From Squalus acanthias (taxonomy: Eukaryota): 64,000 bases of DNA. The DNA lies in the NCBI GenBank assembly GCA_030390025.1, contig CM059431.1, forward strand, positions 125,490,001-125,554,000, given 5' to 3'. Below are positions 58,125 to 64,000 of the stretch, in pieces. Made by a program: the position numbers and the translations under genes. The notes beneath the pieces were generated by a model. The model worked only from the letters and a program-made list of their open reading frames with translations. It searched no databases and had not been told where the DNA came from. Position 1 is the first letter of the stretch. Each line of letters starts with the position of its first letter.

Positions 58125-61100
58125 TTAAATTCTGAGAAGGCTGCTGCGAGCTCTTCCCGACGGTGGGAGGGCACTGACCCTTCCCTCTGATCTGCCGCAG
58201 CCTGTTACTGCTGCGATGTGGCCTGTCTCTACCCGGGTTATCTTAACCTGAATTTTACGCCTTGGGGCAGTCTGGGGACATGACCACATCCTCCTGGGCT
58301 GGGGTTCTCTACTTGACCTACGGGGAGTTGCTATGGGCGGGGGTTCCGTGACGGACGGACCGGGTTCCGAGACCTCCAACGGGACGACCTGGGGTTCCAT
58401 CACAGTCGCCGGCTCCGCCTCCGCTGACTCCGCCTCCCTAACCCCGGGGCTGGCAGTTCGTGGCTCCGCCCTGCTCGGCCCAGCAGGCGGCCCTTCACTC
58501 GTGATCTCTGCCTCCCCTGAGGACTGGACGTTCAAAGCGGGCGGCCACACCTCTGGGAACCACATTGGTACTCTCTGTGCTCCTATAGCGGCTGGCCCTG
58601 CCTCCTCTAGCTCCTCCCTCCTGTCCTCGGGACCTGCAGCTTGTGTGTCCACCCCGTGTGGATCTCTACCTATCGGCCCCAATCCTCCCAGACCGTTCCT
58701 CAGGAACCACCCGTCATCATCACTATGCTCATCTGCACTATCCTCATCTGACCAGGGAACCCTGGGTTCTTCGTCATCTAACCCCCAACTCCAGAAAAAC
58801 GCTGCATGATCGTCCGGGATGTCCCTTCCCCTGATGCAAGCTGCTACGCCTGCCTGTGTGCCTTGTGGTCCTACCTGGGGCTGTGTTTTCCCATTGGCGG
58901 GATTTACCCCTGTAGTTTTCCCCTGCGCACCCGGCTGGTACAGTTTACATTGGTTTATGTGGAACCACTTAGTGCGCCGAGGTACTTTTACGGCGTAAAC
59001 CATGGGACTCGCCTTGTCTACAATGTTGTAGGGTCCCATATACAGTGGTTCCAGACTCCCTACTCTGGCGTAGTTTCTGACCATGACCTGGTCTCCTACT
59101 TCCCATTCCCGCGTTTTGCAGGGTTCCAGCAACAAGCGATTGCCCTGATGCTGCCTTCCCATGTTCCCAGCCGCCTGCTCATAAACTTGCTTCAGGCGCT
59201 CCAAGAGAGTTTGGGCGAACTTGTCCCTGCTTATCTCTTGAAGCTGACCCTCAGTGAGCACCGGGGCTAGCACATGGGTGGGGGTTCGCATGAGCCTGCC
59301 GGTCATTACCTCGTGCGGGGAGTACCCCGTACTTTTTGACTGACTGGCCCGGACCCCCATGAGGACTAAAGGCAGAACTTCCGCCCATTTTTGGGGCGAG
59401 TTCCTAGTCTCTTTCCTCAATTTCTCCTTCAGGGTCCGGTTCATACGTTCGACAATCCCGGATGACTGGGGATTGTGTGCTACGTGCCACTTCCCTTCAA
59501 TGCCCAAAAGCATGAGGGTGTTCTGCATCACCTGGCCGGTGAAATGACTCCCTTGGTCTGACTCCACAAAACGGGGGAGTCCCCACCGCGAGAACACTTC
59601 CCGGACCAAGATTTTTGCTGTACCCAGTGCCGTAGCTGTTCGACAAGGGAAGGCTTCCACCCACTTGGAAAACACATCCACCAGGACGAGGCAGTACTTA
59701 TAACCTCCCTGGGTGGTGGGCAGGGGTCCTATATAGTCGATCTGTATCGACTGCCATGGTCCCTCTACCCTTCTTACGTGTCCCATGGGCACCTTCCTTT
59801 TCTGGGGGTCTGGGTTGTTTGCAGCGCACACAAGACAGTTTGCACAGAACTCGCGGACTTGTTCCCTGAGCCCTGGCCACCATCCCGCTTGCTCTACCCG
59901 TTGCCAGGTAACCTCGGGCCCGGGGTGCCCTGCCCCTGGTCCCTCGTGAGCCAACTGGAGGAATTCCCTCCTGTGCTGCTGCGGCACAACCCACTGCTCC
60001 CCGCGGAACAGCATGCCTTCCTTAACTGAGAGGGTTGCCGTACTGTACGGACCTTCTACCTGCCTCCCCTCAGCAATCGTTTTTAGGACTGCTTTTAGGG
60101 CGGGATCCTGGGCTTGGACGGTCTTAAGGTCTAGGGGCAATGCTACCCTGGTGTTCCCGGTATTCCCGTCCCCGCCTCGGACCGCTGCTATGGGTCCGGT
60201 CCTATAGGGGTTCCAGAAAGTGCCGTCGCGGGCACCCTCCCTGGCTAGCGCATCTGCCTGCCGGTTGCCCTCCCCACGGGGCTCTGCGGAGGAGTGAGCT
60301 TTCACCTTATGGATGAAAATCTCCCCTTCCTCCCCTACTGCTGCTGCTAAGATCTTTTCCAGCAAGGGCTTCACCGTTAAAGGTCGCCCGTCCGCGGAGG
60401 TGTATCCGCGGCGGGACCAAATGGCCAGGTATTCCGTACACGAATTGCAGGTGAACATACTGTCCGAGCAAATCGTGTATGGGGTTGGGAAAATGTCTGG
60501 GTGGGTCACCACGTACACCACGGCAGACAGCTCAGCCTGCTGCGCGCTCATGGTGCTAGGGAGCTTGATCGCCAGGGCAAGGTCTGCCGCAGGGTCATAA
60601 ACTCCACACCCTGTGAGTCGCTCGCCAGCAGACACTGTGCTAGACCCATCAACATAAATCTCGCGCCCAGTGGGATGTATCCCGGCCCGTAAACCTATGT
60701 TGACGTCCCACACCCCTTCCACCGAACACCGGTGGGCTGTACCGGGGTATACCAAATTGGCCGCAAGCCTGGGCTCGCAAAGACCTTTTACTCTAAGATC
60801 CAACTGGGAGAGAAGAAGGGTCCAACGCGCAATGCGTGCGCTGCTTACGGTCCCGTCTTTAATCCTCCCATCCAGAAGCATCTTAGTTGGTGTGTGATGT
60901 GTGAGGAGAGTGATGGGAGAGAGCCCTGTGAAGATCGCTGATCTTTTCACAGCCCAATGCGTGGCTAAAAGGTGCCTTTCGCAATTGGAAAAACTTCTCT
61001 CCACATCCGTTAATACCCTGGATGAATAGACAACCGGCCTCAGCTTGCCGTGACGCTCTTGGAGCAGCACGGCGCTTAAGCTGTCCCCGCTGGCAGCTAC

Positions 61101-62609
61101 CTCCAGGAAAAACTCCTTCCCCCCATCTATGGCCCCTAAGGCTGGCGCGGTCTGCAGATCCCTTTTTAACTTCTCGAAGGCTGCTTGGCAGCCCTCGTCC
61201 CAAAGCCACTCCACCCCCTTATGGAGGAGTCGGAGGAGCGGCGCCGCTGTGGCCGCATAATCTTCGATAAAATCCCTGCAGTAACCGGTCAGTCCCAAGA
61301 AGGACCTCACACCCCTTACGTTGTTGGGAATCGGTAATTCTTGCACCGACTCCCTCCTTGCTTTGTCTATGGCTCTTTCCCCAGCGCGTAGGGTCAGTCC
61401 CAGGAATTTTACTTCCTGCTGACCGATACGTGCTTTCTTTGGGTTTACTTTAAAACCCTTTCTCGCTAACAGCTCCAATAACTCGTCCAGTAGTGGTCCG
61501 TGCTCCTCCCTTGAGTCCGTAAATAGGAGCAAATCATCCACATACTGTACTATCTGATTGGGCTGACTAAACTCCTTTAAACTTCCTGCCATACACTGGT
61601 GAAAAATACTGGGGCTATTGTGGAAACCCTGTGGCAAACAGTTCCACGTGTACTGTTGCCCTTTAAACGTAAAGGCAAACTTGTACTGGTCCTCTCGCCG
61701 CAGCGGGATGGACCAAAAACCGTTCGAGATATCCAGCACCGTGAACGTGGTCGCCGACGCTGGGATGCTCCCTATTAGGTCAGCAACTGCTGCTACTGTA
61801 GGCGCGCAGGCGGGAATGTTACTGTTAAGGACTCTGTAGTCCACCGTGGCTCTCCACGAATTATCCGGCTTCCTAACCGGCCATAATGGGGAGTTCACGT
61901 GTGTGGCTATCGGCCTCAACACGCCCTGCTGCACCAAGGAAGACATTGCTGCCTCCATATCGGGTTCTGCTTCTTTGGGGAAGTTATACTGCTTTTGGGG
62001 TCGGGTCATGGGGTCCCCATCTACGCTGACCTCAAACCCGACCACCCTCCCACAATCGTGCTTGTGGGTTGCAAACGCGTGCATATTATCTGACACGTAC
62101 GTTTGCATGTCCGTTGGGACATCTGCGACCATAAGCCTGAGGTCGTAGCCTCCGGATGGCTGTACGGTACACAGGACCCCCGTTTCTTCCTCTCCTTGAA
62201 TTACCATTACCTCGCCTTTTTCACCTTTAGCCCCCCAGAGACAGTGATTTCTGAGGTCCACGAGGATCCCGTGTCCCGCTAGGAGATCGGACCCGAGAAT
62301 ACCTCTTCCACCCCCCTTTTGCCATGCCATCAGTATACACTTCCACTTAAGGCGAAGTGTTCCTAAACGAATGGATAGCGGGAGGGAAAACGTGCCAGCC
62401 TGTTCTTTCCCTGTGAACCCTGCTAGCGTGAATGGGACCTTGGTAGATAGCGGCGAGTCAAAAGGGTCATCTGTATGGATTATGGTGCAAGACGCTCCCG
62501 TGTCCAACAAATAACTGCCCTTCTGTTTCTCTACCTCCATCTCCACCACAGGTCGCCTCCACGCATCATAGCTGAGCGGACACAGGTAGACGGGCTGTGC
62601 TGGTTCTAG
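58125..62609 (-). CDS. pol: Pol polyprotein: protease, RT, degenerate RNase H tether, RNase H, integrase, C-terminal tail
   Basis: LLDTGAS; LDISNGF, LPQGFHNSP, YVDD; FFLEVAAS; YVDGS, QAEL, SDS, KAH, ADAL; H..H..CLVC; IDYIG, SDQG, ERMN; GPY. Open and in frame from the gag stop. Confidence 0.97.
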   Translation of the reverse strand, partial: LEPAQPVYLCPLSYDAWRRPVVEMEVEKQKGSYLLDTGASCTIIHTDDPFDSPLSTKVPFTLAGFTGKEQAGTFSLPLSIRLGTLRLKWKCILMAWQKGGGRGILGSDLLAGHGILVDLRNHCLWGAKGEKGEVMVIQGEEETGVLCTVQPSGGYDLRLMVADVPTDMQTYVSDNMHAFATHKHDCGRVVGFEVSVDGDPMTRPQKQYNFPKEAEPDMEAAMSSLVQQGVLRPIATHVNSPLWPVRKPDNSWRATVDYRVLNSNIPACAPTVAAVADLIGSIPASATTFTVLDISNGFWSIPLRREDQYKFAFTFKGQQYTWNCLPQGFHNSPSIFHQCMAGSLKEFSQPNQIVQYVDDLLLFTDSREEHGPLLDELLELLARKGFKVNPKKARIGQQEVKFLGLTLRAGERAIDKARRESVQELPIPNNVRGVRSFLGLTGYCRDFIEDYAATAAPLLRLLHKGVEWLWDEGCQAAFEKLKRDLQTAPALGAIDGGKEFFLEVAASGDSLSAVLLQERHGKLRPVVYSSRVLTDVERSFSNCERHLLATHWAVKRSAIFTGLSPITLLTHHTPTKMLLDGRIKDGTVSSARIARWTLLLSQLDLRVKGLCEPRLAANLVYPGTAHRCSVEGVWDVNIGLRAGIHPTGREIYVDGSSTVSAGERLTGCGVYDPAADLALAIKLPSTMSAQQAELSAVVYVVTHPDIFPTPYTICSDSMFTCNSCTEYLAIWSRRGYTSADGRPLTVKPLLEKILAAAVGEEGEIFIHKVKAHSSAEPRGEGNRQADALAREGARDGTFWNPYRTGPIAAVRGGDGNTGNTRVALPLDLKTVQAQDPALKAVLKTIAEGRQVEGPYSTATLSVKEGMLFRGEQWVVPQQHRREFLQLAHEGPGAGHPGPEVTWQRVEQAGWWPGLREQVREFCANCLVCAANNPDPQKRKVPMGHVRRVEGPWQSIQIDYIGPLPTTQGGYKYCLVLVDVFSKWVEAFPCRTATALGTAKILVREVFSRWGLPRFVESDQGSHFTGQVMQNTLMLLGIEGKWHVAHNPQSSGIVERMNRTLKEKLRKETRNSPQKWAEVLPLVLMGVRASQSKSTGYSPHEVMTGRLMRTPTHVLAPVLTEGQLQEISRDKFAQTLLERLKQVYEQAAGNMGRQHQGNRLLLEPCKTREWEVGDQVMVRNYARVGSLEPLYMGPYNIVDKASPMVYAVKVPRRTKWFHINQCKLYQPGAQGKTTGVNPANGKTQPQVGPQGTQAGVAACIRGRDIPDDHAAFFWSWGLDDEEPRVPWSDEDSADEHSDDDGWFLRNGLGGLGPIGRDPHGVDTQAAGPEDRREELEEAGPAAIGAQRVPMWFPEVWPPALNVQSSGEAEITSEGPPAGPSRAEPRTASPGVREAESAEAEPATVMEPQVVPLEVSEPGPSVTEPPPIATPRRSSREPQPRRMWSCPQTAPRRKIQVKITRVETGHIAAVTGCGRSEGRVSALPPSGRARSSLLRI

Positions 62610-64000
62610 TCATGGGGCACTATTAGACGGTCCTGCGGCACCTACGGGGCCGGTTGCGACCGCCACCTGTCCACGCGCATTCAAAACCATCTTGCGCATG
62701 GCTCCTAACACTGCTTCGAGGTCGTCGGGGGAGGTGGGTGCCTTTGCTTCCTTAGGCGGGACAGGCGCCTGGGCTCGGACCGCGGGATTTTTATCCTTGG
62801 AATCCTTCCAAGGGTTCCTGCAGTGCTTGCGCCAGTGCCCTGTCTTCCCACACCCGTAACAGGCATTACTTGCCTGTGGGGCGCGATTACCCTCCTGATG
62901 CCACTCTCTTTGAGCTGGGGCTGCGGGTCGTACCTCATGTACTCTTCCCTTAAAGGGACGTGTCGTCATACCCCTTATGTTACGGTAACCTAACGTGAGT
63001 CGATTCAAGACCGACTCTTCCGTAAGGTTGAGGTCATTGGGATCGAACCAGGCCTTTGCCTGCTCTCTAACGGCTGGTAAACTGTTGGCTATTATGCACC
63101 TAAGCCAATGAATTAAAGCGGCGCCTTCCACATCTTCGCGCTCGGGCGCACCTAGACAGCTGCGCTCATATACTGGCCACAGCCTGTCGGCAAAAACCTT
63201 CGGGGGTTCTCCCTCCATCTGCACTGTCTGTCCCACTCTAGCAAACGGACCTCCGTCGTTCGCTCCCACTACTTCTAGGACCTCATTTTTCAATTCCTCA
63301 TAACTTTTATTTTCCCTCTTGCTCTCGCCTGAGAGACACTGAAGGACCGAGCTGTCTAACGAGAACAGCAGCATTTTTGCTGTCTCCCCATCATCGCAGC
63401 CGTTGATGGCTGCGGCTTGCTCAACTTCCCTGAAATGGACGGAAGGGTCGTCTACCTCGGTCAGCTTCCTTACGTGGTTTATCATGGCTCTCAGCTGATG
63501 TGAACTGTGAGGCAACACCAGCTGTCCGAGGAGATCCCCCGGTTCTTCCCCACCGTTTCTGCTTGGGCCCCTTTTAACCCCCGTTACTGGATACAACGAT
63601 CCCTTTTCTACTTCCTTTTCAACGGGCTCTTTTGTTTCTTCCGTTGCTTCCTCCCTAACCCAGGTTTCTGAATAGCTGGGTGGCGCGGAGGGCGCAGTGG
63701 CTACTACTTCTTCTGCTTTACTTGGTGGGGAATTTCTAAATCTCTCATTTACTAGCGGCTGGCGCGCCGACGGATTGATAAGGCACACCATGCCGTTCGC
63801 ATTATTCACGGCCTTTTTGAGGCTCTCTATCTCTTTTTGGCAGGCGCTATGGTCGGCTCCCTGAAACTTATCCTCAAGGGCCAACTTATACGCCGACCTA
63901 ACCCCCATTAAGCTCTCTTCCTGAGTTCTTATCTGGGCAGCTTGGCGGTTACATCTTTCCTTCATCCTACTCTCGTTCAATTTTGCTTCAGTGATCTGGC
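62610..64000 (-). CDS. gag: Gag (5'-incomplete; frame open to the window edge)
   Basis: Coiled-coil-like N-terminal part, PSAPPSY, helical capsid-like region, and zinc knuckle CYGCGKTGHWRKHC. Confidence 0.93.
   Translation of the reverse strand, partial: QITEAKLNESRMKERCNRQAAQIRTQEESLMGVRSAYKLALEDKFQGADHSACQKEIESLKKAVNNANGMVCLINPSARQPLVNERFRNSPPSKAEEVVATAPSAPPSYSETWVREEATEETKEPVEKEVEKGSLYPVTGVKRGPSRNGGEEPGDLLGQLVLPHSSHQLRAMINHVRKLTEVDDPSVHFREVEQAAAINGCDDGETAKMLLFSLDSSVLQCLSGESKRENKSYEELKNEVLEVVGANDGGPFARVGQTVQMEGEPPKVFADRLWPVYERSCLGAPEREDVEGAALIHWLRCIIANSLPAVREQAKAWFDPNDLNLTEESVLNRLTLGYRNIRGMTTRPFKGRVHEVRPAAPAQREWHQEGNRAPQASNACYGCGKTGHWRKHCRNPWKDSKDKNPAVRAQAPVPPKEAKAPTSPDDLEAVLGAMRKMVLNARGQVAVATGPVGAAGPSNSAP

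Larger units (their letters stand above)
53473..64000 (-). mobile_element. Endogenous retrovirus-like provirus (lokiretrovirus-like architecture); 5' part runs out of the window
   Basis: Uninterrupted gag, pol and env ORFs, PPT and 3' LTR. CpG-rich compared with its flanks. Confidence 0.93.

Noticed and set aside
58125..58935. Chromodomain after integrase
   Set aside because: No chromodomain pattern is visible; the tail is low-complexity.
58333..62148. Antisense ORFs over pol as accessory genes
   Set aside because: Short, no recognisable motifs, and expected opposite a GC-rich long ORF.

Overview
Repeat-dense vertebrate genomic DNA. The CR1, Penelope and Harbinger repeat types suggest a cartilaginous fish, which is inference only. 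The main feature is an apparently intact, young endogenous retrovirus-like provirus on the minus strand (53473 to beyond 64000). Its gag has a CCHC knuckle and overlapping PSAP/PPSY late domains, and it joins pol in frame through a single TGA-CTAG readthrough-type stop. Pol reads PR, RT (YVDD), dead RNase H tether, second RNase H, IN and a long tail. Env has a splice acceptor and a paramyxo/baculovirus-F-like class I fusion ectodomain preceded by an N-terminal immunoglobulin-like domain. A ~1.8 kb 3' LTR follows. This architecture matches lokiretrovirus-like elements. A second, diverged and truncated copy of the same pol lies in the opposite orientation at 1-409. The rest is a nest of decayed PIF/Harbinger elements (transposase plus convergent Myb/SANT-like gene) and their 3-bp-TSD MITEs, many CR1 LINE pieces (one near full length), other LINE remnants, and Penelope fragments carrying minimal hammerhead ribozyme motifs. 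A tentative chain of small minus-strand host exons is also visible. All calls are by eye; no searches were run.
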